A model generated the notes under the pieces. The model saw only the letters and a list, made by a program, of their open reading frames with translations, had not been told where the DNA came from and did not search any database. Shown one piece after another: positions 1 through 9,756 of a stretch of DNA of 40,519 nt. The position numbers and the translations under genes were made by a program. Every line of letters begins with the position of its first letter. Positions within the stretch are counted from its first letter, which is position 1. The stretch lies in the sequence record SRR20825019_2174. One strand, written 5' to 3'.

Positions 1-502
1 GCGCCGCAAGGGCAAGATGTCCGACTTCGGTGTACAGCTGCGCGCCAAGCAGAAGCTTAAAGGTTACTATGGCGAACTGCGCGAAAAGCAGTTCCTCGCT
101 ATCTTTGAGGAAGCAAACCGCCGCAGGGGTGACACAGGTGAAAACCTCGTCGGCCTGCTGGAAAGCCGCCTCGACGCGATTGTTTACCGCGCCAAGTTCG
201 TACCAACCGTTTTTGCTGCACGCCAGTTCATCAACCACGGTCACGTCATGGTCAACGGCCAGAAGGTCAATGTTGGCTCCTTCCGCTGCAAGCCGGGCGA
301 CGTAATCGAAGTTCGTGAACGTTCAAAGCAGCTCGCAAGCGTTCTGGAAGCAACGCAGCTGGCTGAGCGCGATGTTCCCGAATACATTGATGCCGATCAT
401 AACAAAATGGTTGCCACCTATGTACGGATCCCGGCTCTCGCCGATATCCCCTACCCGGTGATCATGGAACCGAACCTCGTGGTCGAGTTCTATTCGCGTT
501 GA
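1..502 (+). CDS. rpsD: 30S ribosomal protein S4 (5' part lies outside the window)
   Basis: Frame is open from base 2 ([24 protein letters not shown]). S4 signature [11 protein letters not shown]...ARQFINHGH and C-terminal LVVEFYSR. Confidence 0.98.
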   Translation, partial: RRKGKMSDFGVQLRAKQKLKGYYGELREKQFLAIFEEANRRRGDTGENLVGLLESRLDAIVYRAKFVPTVFAARQFINHGHVMVNGQKVNVGSFRCKPGDVIEVRERSKQLASVLEATQLAERDVPEYIDADHNKMVATYVRIPALADIPYPVIMEPNLVVEFYSR

Positions 503-525
503 TTTCTCAACCGGTACGATCTTTG

Positions 526-553
526 GAAAGCCGCCTTATCGGGCGGCTTTTCT
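526..553 (+). terminator. Rho-independent terminator after rpsD
   Basis: AAAGCCGCC-ttatcg-GGCGGCTTT hairpin followed by a T-rich tail. Confidence 0.85.
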
Positions 554-609
554 GTTTTCAGCCCTCAACCGTTCTGCAATGATGTCAGCGCCAACTGCGT
601 GAGGCCTTC

Positions 610-1536
610 ATGGACCTGCAAGCCATTATAAATGATATCACAAGCGAGCTTTCACCGAGGCTCACTGAAGGCAAGGTCGCCGACTACATTCCCGAACTGG
701 CCAAAATCGACCCCAATCAGTTCGGCATTGCGATCACGACTGTCAATGGCGATACATATCGCGCCGGAAATGCAACAACAGCATTTTCCGTTCAGAGCAT
801 TTCCAAGGTCTTCATGCTGACTCTGGCACTTGGCAAAGCCGGTGAAAACATGTGGCAACGTGTCGGTCGCGAACCGTCCGGCTCTGCCTTCAACTCGATT
901 GTGCAGCTTGAGCACGAAAATGGCATCCCAAGAAATCCGTTCATCAATGCCGGAGCCATCGTGGTCACCGATATGGTTTTATCCGGGCACCAGCCACGAG
1001 AGGCCATCGGCGAGTTCCTACGTTTCATGCACTATCTCGCCGATGACGATACGATCTTAATCGACGAACGAGTGGCGAAATCAGAGCAGAAAACCGGTTA
1101 CAGAAACATCGCTCTGGCTAATTTCATGCGTGGTTTCGGTAATATAAAACATCCGGTGGAAATGGTTCTTGGCACGTATTTTCATCAGTGTGCACTCGCA
1201 ATGAACTGCGAACAGCTCGCCCGAGCAGGACTGTTTCTTGCCAACCGTGGTACAAATCCGCTTACCGGCTTTTCGGTCGTTTCGCCAAGGCGTGCGCGCC
1301 GCATCAATGCGTTAATGCTGACCTGTGGTCACTACGATGGCTCAGGCGACTTTGCCTACCGGGTTGGACTGCCCGGAAAATCGGGCGTTGGCGGCGGCAT
1401 TCTGGCGATTGCGCCCGGCAATGCATCCATCGCCGTCTGGTCCCCAGGCCTGAATGAGGTAGGCAACTCGAAGCTGGGCTCGGTGGCACTGGAAGTGCTT
1501 GCTGCGCGCACCGGCTGGTCTGTATTCGGCCCTTGA
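610..1536 (+). CDS. glsA: Glutaminase
   Basis: [11 protein letters not shown], catalytic [18 protein letters not shown] and [11 protein letters not shown] motifs. Confidence 0.96.
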   Translation: MDLQAIINDITSELSPRLTEGKVADYIPELAKIDPNQFGIAITTVNGDTYRAGNATTAFSVQSISKVFMLTLALGKAGENMWQRVGREPSGSAFNSIVQLEHENGIPRNPFINAGAIVVTDMVLSGHQPREAIGEFLRFMHYLADDDTILIDERVAKSEQKTGYRNIALANFMRGFGNIKHPVEMVLGTYFHQCALAMNCEQLARAGLFLANRGTNPLTGFSVVSPRRARRINALMLTCGHYDGSGDFAYRVGLPGKSGVGGGILAIAPGNASIAVWSPGLNEVGNSKLGSVALEVLAARTGWSVFGP

Positions 1537-1603
1537 TCTTGCACCCCAGTCAAGGCATTGGCTTTAAGTACAACAGTCACACCGTCAGCCCCCCGGAGAA
1601 ACC

Positions 1604-2479
1604 ATGAAAGACGATATATTCATGAGTGACACAGACGAACGGCACGATACGAGTGAATTGGCATTTCGCACGCTTTTCGCCGGTGCACCGGATACGGTCT
1701 CGTTTGCAAAACTGCGCAAGCGGCTGATGCGGCAGGCACGGCAGGCAATCGAGGATTTCGCCATGCTTTCCGGTCAAAAACGCTGGCTTGTGGCACTTTC
1801 CGGCGGCAAGGACAGCTACGGGTTGCTGTCCGTGCTTATGGAACTGAAATGGCGCGGCCTTCTTCCAGTCGAGATTATCGCCTGCAATCTGGATCAGGGG
1901 CAGCCGAATTTTCCAAAACACATTCTGCCTGATTATCTCACAAGAATTGGCGTACCTCACCGCATTGAGTACCGCGACACGTACTCCATCGTCACCGAAA
2001 AGCTTTCACCCGGGTCAACCTATTGCTCGCTCTGCTCACGGCTCCGGCGCGGCCATCTCTATCGCATCGCCCGTGAGGAAGGATGTGAGGCACTGGTGCT
2101 TGGCCACCACCGGGAAGACATTCTGGAAACCTTTTTCATGAACCTGTTCCATGGCGGCAAACTGGCCACCATGCCGCCAAAACTCTTAAACGACGAAGGC
2201 GACCTGACCGTGCTGCGACCTCTGGCCTATGCCGCAGAGGACGATCTGGCGAAATTTGCCGAAGCCATGCGCTTTCCGATTATTCCCTGCGACCTGTGCG
2301 GATCTCAGGATGGCCTGCAACGCAATGCAATGAAACAGATGCTGGCCGATATGGAAACCAAAATGCCCGGACGAAAAGACGTCATGCTGAGGGCGCTGTC
2401 ACACGTCAATGCCTCGCATTTGCTCGATACCGGGTTATTCGACTTTGCCGGCCTGACCGCCTCAACATCACGCGGCTGA
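1604..2479 (+). CDS. ttcA: tRNA 2-thiocytidine(32) synthetase
   Basis: PP-loop [22 protein letters not shown] and second CxxC (CDLC). GGAGA RBS precedes ATG 1604. Confidence 0.96.
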   Translation: MKDDIFMSDTDERHDTSELAFRTLFAGAPDTVSFAKLRKRLMRQARQAIEDFAMLSGQKRWLVALSGGKDSYGLLSVLMELKWRGLLPVEIIACNLDQGQPNFPKHILPDYLTRIGVPHRIEYRDTYSIVTEKLSPGSTYCSLCSRLRRGHLYRIAREEGCEALVLGHHREDILETFFMNLFHGGKLATMPPKLLNDEGDLTVLRPLAYAAEDDLAKFAEAMRFPIIPCDLCGSQDGLQRNAMKQMLADMETKMPGRKDVMLRALSHVNASHLLDTGLFDFAGLTASTSRG

Positions 2480-2789
2480 CCAAAGTCACTCCGGTACAGA
2501 AAAGCTATTTTATCCGGTAGCTCATGTCCGGGAAAGCCTCGAAGATACTGCGAGCTTCAGGCGCTGTGAAACTACCAATGTTTCGAAACAAGCAACAAAT
2601 TTTATTTATTTTTTAGATATATGCCATGGAGCCTCGCAGTGAAGCGCTAAAGCACCGGTCTTTCATGACAATTAAATTATATCTTAAGCGCGTTGACGAC
2701 AAAACGAACCAATTTTGCGGCCTTGCGCCTTGCCGTTTCCGCGCTGCAATGCCACAAAAGAGCGACCATAAAGCACTGGAGGTGACGAC

Positions 2790-4226
2790 GTGGAAAAGGC
2801 AGAAATCGGACTGATCGGTCTGGGTGTTATGGGCTCCAACCTCGCCCTGAACATCGCCGAAAAAGGCAACAAAATCGCCGTTTACAACAGAACCGTGGAC
2901 AAGACTCGCGCGTTTTACGCAAATGCTGGCGAGCTTCAGGAAAATATCGTTCCGACAGAAACGCTCTCGGAATTCGTTGCGGCAATCCGTCCGCCGCGCC
3001 CGATCATCATCATGATCAAGGCTGGTGATCCTGTTGACCAGGAAATCGAGAAATTGCGCCCCTATCTTGGCAAGGGCGACATCCTCATTGATGCAGGAAA
3101 CGCCAATTTCCACGATACACGTCGCCGCTTCCAGGAACTGGATGGCACGGGCCTCACCTTTATCGGTATGGGTGTTTCCGGTGGTGAAGAAGGCGCACGC
3201 CACGGACCGTCCATCATGGTTGGCGGTACCGAGGACTCCTACAAGCGCGTCGAGAAGGTTCTGACCTCAATCTCCGCGAAATATGCAGAAGATCCTTGCT
3301 GCGCATGGCTTGGCCCGGATGGCGCAGGGCATTTCGTCAAGACAATCCACAACGGTATCGAATACGCCGATATGCAGATGATCGCCGAGATCTACGGCAT
3401 TCTGCGTGATGGTGTAGGCATGAGTGCACCGGAAATCGCCCACATCTTTGGCGAATGGAATCACGGTCGCCTCAACTCTTTCCTGATTGAAATTACCGAG
3501 AAGGTTCTGCTGGCAACCGACCCGGAGACCGGCAAACACATGCCTGACATTATTGTCGATGCCGCCGGCCAGAAAGGCACCGGTCGCTGGTCTGCCATCG
3601 AGGCACAGCAGCTTGCCGTTCCCGCGACCGTGATTGAGGCCGCTGTGGCAGCGCGCTGCATTTCAGCAATGCGTGGCGAACGCAAGGATGCTGAAAAGCT
3701 CTTCAACAAGGAAGATCTGGCATTCCACATTTCTTCCGGTCCGTGGCTCAACAAGGATCTGGAGCTGGCGCTGCTGGCAGCCAAGATCGCAGCCTACGCG
3801 CAGGGCTTTGATGTGATGGCAAGCGCATCGGAAGAATACGGCTGGAACCTGCCAATGCCGGAAATCGCCCGGATCTGGCGCGCTGGCTGCATCATCCGTT
3901 CGCAGTTCCTGGATGAAATCACACAGGCATTTACCGAAAAGCCGGATGTGGCAAACCTGATTGTCACGCCAGCCTTCTCGAAGACGGTGAACGAGTGCCT
4001 GCCAGCTCTGCGCCGCATCGTCTCGTCGGCAACGGCTGCAGGTCTGCCTGTTCCAGGCCTTGCTTCAGCGCTCACCTACTTCGACGCCTATCGCCAGTCT
4101 CGCGGTACGGCCAACCTGATTCAGGCCCAGCGTGACTTCTTCGGCGCACACGGCTTTGATCGCCTTGATGGCCTTGATATTCACCACGGCCCCTGGGGCA
4201 GCGGTGCCAGCGCTGAAAAAGGCTGA
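2790..4226 (+). CDS. gnd: 6-phosphogluconate dehydrogenase, decarboxylating (NADP-dependent)
   Basis: GLIGLGVMG Rossmann fold, VSGGEEGARHGPS, HNGIEY, QKGTG, QAQRDFFGAH. GTG start after GGAGG. Confidence 0.97.
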   Translation: MEKAEIGLIGLGVMGSNLALNIAEKGNKIAVYNRTVDKTRAFYANAGELQENIVPTETLSEFVAAIRPPRPIIIMIKAGDPVDQEIEKLRPYLGKGDILIDAGNANFHDTRRRFQELDGTGLTFIGMGVSGGEEGARHGPSIMVGGTEDSYKRVEKVLTSISAKYAEDPCCAWLGPDGAGHFVKTIHNGIEYADMQMIAEIYGILRDGVGMSAPEIAHIFGEWNHGRLNSFLIEITEKVLLATDPETGKHMPDIIVDAAGQKGTGRWSAIEAQQLAVPATVIEAAVAARCISAMRGERKDAEKLFNKEDLAFHISSGPWLNKDLELALLAAKIAAYAQGFDVMASASEEYGWNLPMPEIARIWRAGCIIRSQFLDEITQAFTEKPDVANLIVTPAFSKTVNECLPALRRIVSSATAAGLPVPGLASALTYFDAYRQSRGTANLIQAQRDFFGAHGFDRLDGLDIHHGPWGSGASAEKG

Positions 4227-4247
4227 TCAGCACATCAATGACAACAC

Positions 4248-4282
4248 AAGAGACCCGGTCGAAAGATCGGGTCTCTTTCTTT
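4248..4282 (+). terminator. Rho-independent terminator after gnd
   Basis: AAGAGACCCGGTC-GAAA-GATCGGGTCTCTT stem with GAAA tetraloop, then TCTTT. Confidence 0.85.
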
Positions 4283-4307
4283 GCCGGGTCTCTTTCTTTG
4301 CCGGGTC
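4268..4307 (+). repeat. 17-bp tandem repeat CGGGTCTCTTTCTTTGC, two copies plus 6 bp
   Basis: Exact copies at 4268-4284 and 4285-4301, partial at 4302-4307. Confidence 0.95.
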
Positions 4308-4824
4308 GCGATCAGTTACCGGTATCGCCTGATCCAGAGCATCTACGTAAGCTTTGCGGAAATCTCTCTGCCGCCTGATATCACAGATTTGTGATGCCGC
4401 CGGCAAATGAACATCCTTACGCTTAGAAAAGACAAAACGAACACATTCCCGCGATGAAACATAGCTGGATGGGCCTGCCGCATACGACCTGAGTGACTTG
4501 CGAAGAACCCCTGCCCCGCGTGCCATGTGCGCAATTATCCATCAATATCGCTCGCGGTTTTGCGGTAATCCAGAGTCTTTCGCAAGCCAGATGGAACCAC
4601 CCGAAGTCCGTGAAAATGCTGTAAAACACAGAAATAAAGCAGGATACCGGGAAGGCTTCCGCAGCCGCGCTGTCACAGTGACACGCCCAGACAAATTACG
4701 CCTGGCAACTAGCCGCTACATGTCGCCCGAGCATATCAAGCTCCGCAAACTATGGTTTCTCTCTTTCACTGTGTCAGTGGCAGGATGAACAGTTTCCATG
4801 CCTTGTCATTCAGATTACTACAAT

Positions 4825-4843
4825 TTAACACGTTGTTAACCAT
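4825..4843. promoter_or_regulatory. CtrA-binding site
   Basis: TTAA-cacgttg-TTAAC followed by CAT. Perfect TTAA-N7-TTAAC consensus in an AT-rich intergenic region. Confidence 0.7.
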
Positions 4844-4988
4844 AACATCGGTGATTGAAATCTGACGATAAAACGGTGCTCAATGAGCTAAAAAACCAAA
4901 GGCTGAAACGCGAAGCATTGATTTAAAGCAACTTTTAGGCGAGATATCGCATACCACAGAAGTGTTATTAAACGAAGGCTTCTTCATA

Positions 4989-5678
4989 TTGCACAAAACT
5001 GTCATTCCAATACCCGCGAATGTGCTTCTGCCGGTCGAAGGCTCCGCATTCATGTTTCCCGTACGCAGAGTGTATTGCGTGGGACGCAATTATGCCGCCC
5101 ATGCGGTTGAGATGGGCCATGATCCGGATCGGGAACGACCTTTCTTCTTTCAGAAAAATCGCGAAAACATTGTTCTTCCCGGATATCCATTTCCCTATCC
5201 CGCGCTTTCGCACAATGTTCATCACGAAGTGGAGTGTTATGTCGCGCTGAAGAGTGGCGGCGCGAACATACCTGCCGAGGCTGCACTTGATATGGTTTAT
5301 GGCTATGGTGTTGCCGTTGATTTTACCAGACGCGACCTACAGGACGACGCCAAGGCAAAAAGTCGCCCTTGGGAAATGGCCAAGGCATTTGAGCACTCTG
5401 CACCGGCTTCGGCCATCCGGCCCGCCGCTGAAATCGGGCACCCGCAAGCGGGACAGATCACTTTGTTGCGAAACGGCAAGTCTGTTCAGGTTGGCGACAT
5501 GAATCAGATGATATGGAAGACGCAGGAGATCATAGCCGAACTGTCCCTTTTCGTGACGCTGGAGGCCGGTGACGTGATCCTGACCGGAACCCCCGCAGGC
5601 GTTGGCCCTGTCGAACGGGGCGATCACATTGACTGCCGCATTGCCGGTATTGGCACGTTGTCTTTCGATGTGACCTGA
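4989..5678 (+). CDS. Fumarylacetoacetate hydrolase family protein (fumarylpyruvate hydrolase-like)
   Basis: RRVYCVGRNYAAH, HHEVE, DFTRRDLQ, AKAF, GDVILTGTPAGVG. Start uncertain (TTG 4989 or GTG 4962). Confidence 0.92.
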   Translation: MHKTVIPIPANVLLPVEGSAFMFPVRRVYCVGRNYAAHAVEMGHDPDRERPFFFQKNRENIVLPGYPFPYPALSHNVHHEVECYVALKSGGANIPAEAALDMVYGYGVAVDFTRRDLQDDAKAKSRPWEMAKAFEHSAPASAIRPAAEIGHPQAGQITLLRNGKSVQVGDMNQMIWKTQEIIAELSLFVTLEAGDVILTGTPAGVGPVERGDHIDCRIAGIGTLSFDVT

Positions 5679-5703
5679 AACGACCACGGGAGGAGATTAA
5701 GCC

Positions 5704-6249
5704 ATGACATTATATGCTCTGGGAAACGCCGAGCCGGTATTACCGTCCGAAGGCTCATACTGGATCGCACCGGACGCATCCGTCATCGGCCTGGTCATCA
5801 TCAGCCAGGGTGTTGGCATATGGTTCAAGGCGGTGCTGCGCGGCGACAATGAAACGATCACGATCCGCGAAAACAGCAATGTTCAGGACGGTGTCATGAT
5901 ACATACGGACATGGGCTTTCCTGCAACTATCGGCAAGGGATGCACCATTGGCCACCACGCGATCATTCACGGCTGCACGATTGGAGACAACTGTCTTGTC
6001 GGCATGGGAGCGACTATACTCAACGGCGCGGTGATCGGCAAAAACAGCCTCATCGGTGCGAACGCGCTGATCACCGAAGGCAAAATATTTCCCGATAACA
6101 GCCTGATCGTTGGTGCTCCGGCAAAAGCCATCCGTACGCTGGATGACGATACAGTTGAAAGTTTGCGACAGTCAGCAAAACGATATGTTGAAAACTGGCA
6201 ACGGTTTTCCAAAGATCTGCACCCACTTTCGTCGGGTGAACACATATGA
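5704..6249 (+). CDS. Gamma carbonic anhydrase family protein (YrdA/PaaY-like hexapeptide repeat)
   Basis: VLRGD, NVQDG, His ligands in IH..GHHAIIHG and hexapeptide repeats. GGAGGAG RBS. Confidence 0.93.
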   Translation: MTLYALGNAEPVLPSEGSYWIAPDASVIGLVIISQGVGIWFKAVLRGDNETITIRENSNVQDGVMIHTDMGFPATIGKGCTIGHHAIIHGCTIGDNCLVGMGATILNGAVIGKNSLIGANALITEGKIFPDNSLIVGAPAKAIRTLDDDTVESLRQSAKRYVENWQRFSKDLHPLSSGEHI

Positions 6250-7526
6250 CAGCTATCTCGCGTACACCGCTTGAACTTTCTGAAAAAGACCAACTTCTGA
6301 ATCGCCAAATCGAAGACACGCTCAGGTATTGCGGGCCACGTCTCACATTTGCTCGTCCGCTCGAAGAGCTCTACGTCGACCATATTCACCAGAAGAATCG
6401 CCGCCAGTTGATATCCGCAGGCATTGGTCTGATCCTGGTCTATTGCAGCTTCTACGTGATTGATCTGATTTACAGACCGGAGCTGACGACCCAATTGCTG
6501 GCCATAAGACTTGGGGTCATCGCTTTTTCGGTGACAGCGTTGTCAGGTATTCTTCTGCTGCGAAACAATGTTCACCTCCCCGGATTGTTGTCGCTGACAG
6601 GCGTTATCGCGACCTCGATTGCTATCGGGCTGATGCTTTCTTTGCCAGGCAACCCGATTGTCATGTATGAACCCTATACCTTTATTCTTGTCGCTGTTGC
6701 AGGCAACATTGTCCTGCCCCTGCGGTTCAAACTTGCATTCATTGCCACTCTGGCCAACTTCGCGATCGCCGTCTATTTCATTCTGCATATACCGGCTCTG
6801 AGCGTAGACGACAAAACATCGCCACTTATTTTTCTGATGGCGAGCAGCATATTGACGCTTTTTGCCAATTTCAGGCTGGAGGCAAGCGATCGAAAGGCTT
6901 TTCTGTTCTATCTTCACGAAAAGCTCTACGCGGACGCTTTGCTTGGTCAATACAACATTCTCAACAAGATATCCCAGACAGACTCGCTCACAGGCATTGC
7001 CAATCGGCGTCGGTTCGACCGCTTCCTTTCGGAGAACTGGGAGGTCGGCGCAGAGGAAGGGCAGGATATCGGTATGCTGATGATTGATGTAGACCACTTC
7101 AAGGGCTTCAACGATACGTACGGACACCCTGCCGGTGATGAGTGCCTTCGCCAGATCGCGGCCCTGATCCGCCGATGCACAAGACAGGAAGTCGACCTGG
7201 CGGCCCGGCTCGGTGGTGAAGAGTTTGCAGTCATCGTCTCACACGGCGGTTTACGCGCAACACAAGCGATAGCAAAGCGTATTGAGAGGAAAATCGCGGT
7301 CGCAGCCATTCCTCATGCCGCTGGTATCAGTGAACGGATCACCCTCAGTATCGGTATCGCCGTTGCGTCACCTGCGGATACACCGCAGGACGTGCTGATC
7401 GCAAACGCAGATGCGGCACTCTATCAGGCCAAACGCAAGGGCCGAAACCGGACCTGCTTTCATGCTGCTTTTCCCGAGCGGCGCGAACATGAAGCTGAAA
7501 TCCCTCAACAGAAACACGATGCGTAG
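6246..7526 (+). CDS. Membrane-bound diguanylate cyclase (GGDEF domain)
   Basis: About five hydrophobic segments, then DSLTGIANRRRF, DVDHFKGFNDTYGHPAGD, GGEEF and ADAALYQAK. ATGA overlap with the upstream stop. Confidence 0.95.
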   Translation: MTAISRTPLELSEKDQLLNRQIEDTLRYCGPRLTFARPLEELYVDHIHQKNRRQLISAGIGLILVYCSFYVIDLIYRPELTTQLLAIRLGVIAFSVTALSGILLLRNNVHLPGLLSLTGVIATSIAIGLMLSLPGNPIVMYEPYTFILVAVAGNIVLPLRFKLAFIATLANFAIAVYFILHIPALSVDDKTSPLIFLMASSILTLFANFRLEASDRKAFLFYLHEKLYADALLGQYNILNKISQTDSLTGIANRRRFDRFLSENWEVGAEEGQDIGMLMIDVDHFKGFNDTYGHPAGDECLRQIAALIRRCTRQEVDLAARLGGEEFAVIVSHGGLRATQAIAKRIERKIAVAAIPHAAGISERITLSIGIAVASPADTPQDVLIANADAALYQAKRKGRNRTCFHAAFPERREHEAEIPQQKHDA

Positions 7527-7575
7527 TTTCAATAGGTTAGTGCGCTGTGAGTCCATTCGGACGCACGGCGCTCTG
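7516..7575 (-). repeat. Partial rhizobial palindromic repeat (RIME-like), inverted copy of 30872-30929
   Basis: Manual alignment gives 47/58 identity with 30872-30929. Internal hairpin GAGCGCCGTGCGTCC...GGAC. Confidence 0.85.
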
Positions 7576-7597
7576 CGTCCGGTACGTTCCCAATGTC

Positions 7598-8002
7598 CTA
7601 TTGGTGGCAACCGGCACAAAGGCCGCGAATTTCAACAGTCATCTTGCTCGCCCTGAAGTCCGACTGCATTGCACGCACAATCAAGGCCGCCTCAATATCG
7701 TGTGCGTGAAACTCGTCCACCGCACCACATTTCTCGCAGATGGCAAAAGCGGTCATCCCGTGATGTGAACAATCCTGATCCGGGTGCGCGCAGACCACAA
7801 ATGCATTCAGACTTTCCAGCCTGTGGACCAGCCCGGCATCAATGAGCTTCTCAAGCGCACGATAAACCTGAAGCGGTGCCTTGAACCCATGCTCACGCAG
7901 ACGGTCGAGAATGGTATAGGCACTCAGTGGGCTTTGACTTTCACTTAAGCAATCAAAGACAAGAGACTGGTTTTTAGTCAGTTTTCGGGCATGAATGGTC
8001 AT
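7598..8002 (-). CDS. zur: Zinc uptake regulator (Fur family)
   Basis: Starts MTIHARKLTKNQ (TAATG overlap with znuB stop). SAYTILD, VYRALEKL, HRLESLNAF and two CxxC motifs. Located in the znu operon. Confidence 0.93.
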   Translation of the reverse strand: MTIHARKLTKNQSLVFDCLSESQSPLSAYTILDRLREHGFKAPLQVYRALEKLIDAGLVHRLESLNAFVVCAHPDQDCSHHGMTAFAICEKCGAVDEFHAHDIEAALIVRAMQSDFRASKMTVEIRGLCAGCHQ

Positions 8003-8817
8003 TATTGTTTCTCCCGCAAGAGAGGCATCTTTCGTCGTGCTATCGGCGTGAGGCTCACGATAAACAGAACCACTGCAGCCACAACAATGGATGGTCCCGA
8101 TGGTGTATCGTAATAGAGCGAGGAATATAGTCCTCCGATCACCGAAACAACACCGATAAGCGAAGCCATCACTGCCATCGCCTCCGGCGTCCTGGCAAAA
8201 CGCCGGGCGGTTGCCGCAGGTATGATCAGCAGCGAAGTAATCAGCATGATCCCGATAATCTTCATCGCAATCGCGATCACCAGTGCCATCAGCAACATGA
8301 ATATGAACCGCGTCGTTTCCGGCCTCAGCCCTTCGGCCTGTGCAATCTCGGCAGAAACCGTTGCCGCCATCAGCGGGCGCCACAGCGCAATGATTGCAGC
8401 AATAATGACAACACCACCGAGCCAGACAATGGCGATATCGGTCCGGGTTACAGAAAGAATGTCACCGAAAAGATAGCTGATCAGATCGACCCGAACCCAT
8501 GTCAGAAACGACACGATCACCAGGCCTATTGCCAGTGTCGAATGCGCCAGAATACCAAGCAGACTGTCAGAAGACAGTGCGCGTCGCCGCTCCAGCAGGA
8601 TCAGAAAGACCGAAACAAGCGTGGCGACAATAAAGACGCTGAGCGTCAGGTTCGTCGAAAACAGCAAAGACAGCGCGACACCCAGCAAAGCAGAATGGGC
8701 CATGGTATCGCCGAAATAAGCCATTTTGCGCCAGATGATGAAACAGCCGAGCGGCCCTGCCATCAAAGCCACGCCAATGCCGGCGAGAAGCGCGCGGATA
8801 AAGAAATCGTCAAGCAT
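8002..8817 (-). CDS. znuB: Zinc ABC transporter permease
   Basis: Starts MLDDFFIRALLAG. GDTMAHSALLG, YLFGDIL, IIPAATAR and TPSGPSIV motifs of ABC-3 permeases. Confidence 0.95.
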   Translation of the reverse strand: MLDDFFIRALLAGIGVALMAGPLGCFIIWRKMAYFGDTMAHSALLGVALSLLFSTNLTLSVFIVATLVSVFLILLERRRALSSDSLLGILAHSTLAIGLVIVSFLTWVRVDLISYLFGDILSVTRTDIAIVWLGGVVIIAAIIALWRPLMAATVSAEIAQAEGLRPETTRFIFMLLMALVIAIAMKIIGIMLITSLLIIPAATARRFARTPEAMAVMASLIGVVSVIGGLYSSLYYDTPSGPSIVVAAVVLFIVSLTPIARRKMPLLREKQ

Positions 8818-9658
8818 CCTGCCGCTCCTGTTCGTCCTGATCATCACCGTGAGGATGGTGATGCCCGTCAGCGGGGTGGCAGCTATCTGTAATCGAGCCA
8901 TCGGCGTGGCGCACGCGGCCATCGGGCAGATGCATATGATCGTGGTCATGACGATAAAGTGCCAGCGCACCAGCCGCTCTCATACCGAAAAGCGTTTGAT
9001 AGGCCTCACTGCTACTGACCGCCTCGGGCGTCCCGGTGCAACAGACGTGACCGTTCAGGCAGACAACCGTGTCAGTTGCCGCCATGACCACATGCAGATC
9101 ATGCGAGATCAGCAAAACGCCACACCCCTGGCGGTTTCGGATTTGCGAAATCAATTCGTAAAGCGCGATCTCGCCGGAGTAATCGACGCCCTGCACAGGT
9201 TCATCCAGCACCAGAAGATCGGGTTTGCGGGCAATGGCACGCGCCAAAAGCGCCCGCTGAAACTCCCCGCCGGAAAGATTCTGCACTTCGGCCTGCTCCA
9301 GATGCGCGATCCCGACATCTGCAAGCGCTTCAGCGATTTCGCCACGCGAAAGCGGTCCCGTAAGGGTCATCAAACGTCGCACGGTCAGCGGCAAGGCATG
9401 GTCGATGTTGATTTTCTGCGGAACATAGGCCGTTTTCAGGGGTGCCGCGCGGCGCACGGTGCCCTCATCCGGCATCGAAACACCAATCGCCATCTTCGCA
9501 CTGGTGGATTTGCCCGCGCCATTCGGTCCGATCAGCGTCACGATTTCTCCGCGACGTACTGAAAAACTGACCCCGCGAACAAGCCAGCGGCCATTCCGCC
9601 ACATCCCGGCATTGTCCAGTGAGACCAGAAGAGTTTCGTCTCTTTCAGTGGGTTTCAA
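8810..9658 (-). CDS. znuC: Zinc ABC transporter ATP-binding protein
   Basis: Walker A GPNGAGKS, LSGGEFQR, LDEP, SHD, CLNGHVCC and a His-rich tail. TTG start after GGAG. Confidence 0.95.
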   Translation of the reverse strand: MKPTERDETLLVSLDNAGMWRNGRWLVRGVSFSVRRGEIVTLIGPNGAGKSTSAKMAIGVSMPDEGTVRRAAPLKTAYVPQKINIDHALPLTVRRLMTLTGPLSRGEIAEALADVGIAHLEQAEVQNLSGGEFQRALLARAIARKPDLLVLDEPVQGVDYSGEIALYELISQIRNRQGCGVLLISHDLHVVMAATDTVVCLNGHVCCTGTPEAVSSSEAYQTLFGMRAAGALALYRHDHDHMHLPDGRVRHADGSITDSCHPADGHHHPHGDDQDEQERQDA

Positions 9659-9713
9659 TTTTATAACACTCCATCTTGCGGACCTCTATCGCATACGTTA
9701 AGACACGTTGCAA

Positions 9714-9733
9714 TTAATGTAATAACATTACAT
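9714..9733. promoter_or_regulatory. Zur box between divergent znuC and znuA
   Basis: TTAATGTAATAACATTACAT, an AT-rich palindrome resembling the known Zur operator, in the znu divergent promoter. Confidence 0.85.
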
Positions 9734-9756
9734 CACCAAGCAAGAATGAGGTTCTC

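Noticed and set aside
2672-2687. TTAA-N8-TTAA upstream of gnd as a CtrA box
   Set aside because: The spacer is 8 rather than 7 and the region is AT-rich.
4227-4788. Short ORFs (99, 63, 68 and 96 aa) in the gnd-FAH spacer
   Set aside because: No clear RBS or motif, and one runs through the terminator repeat; not called as genes.
8003-8383. Long N-terminal extension of zur overlapping znuB
   Set aside because: The real start is ATG 8002 with an RBS and TAATG coupling; the extension has no Fur-like features.
8726-9562. 278-aa plus-strand ORF
   Set aside because: Antisense shadow of znuC.
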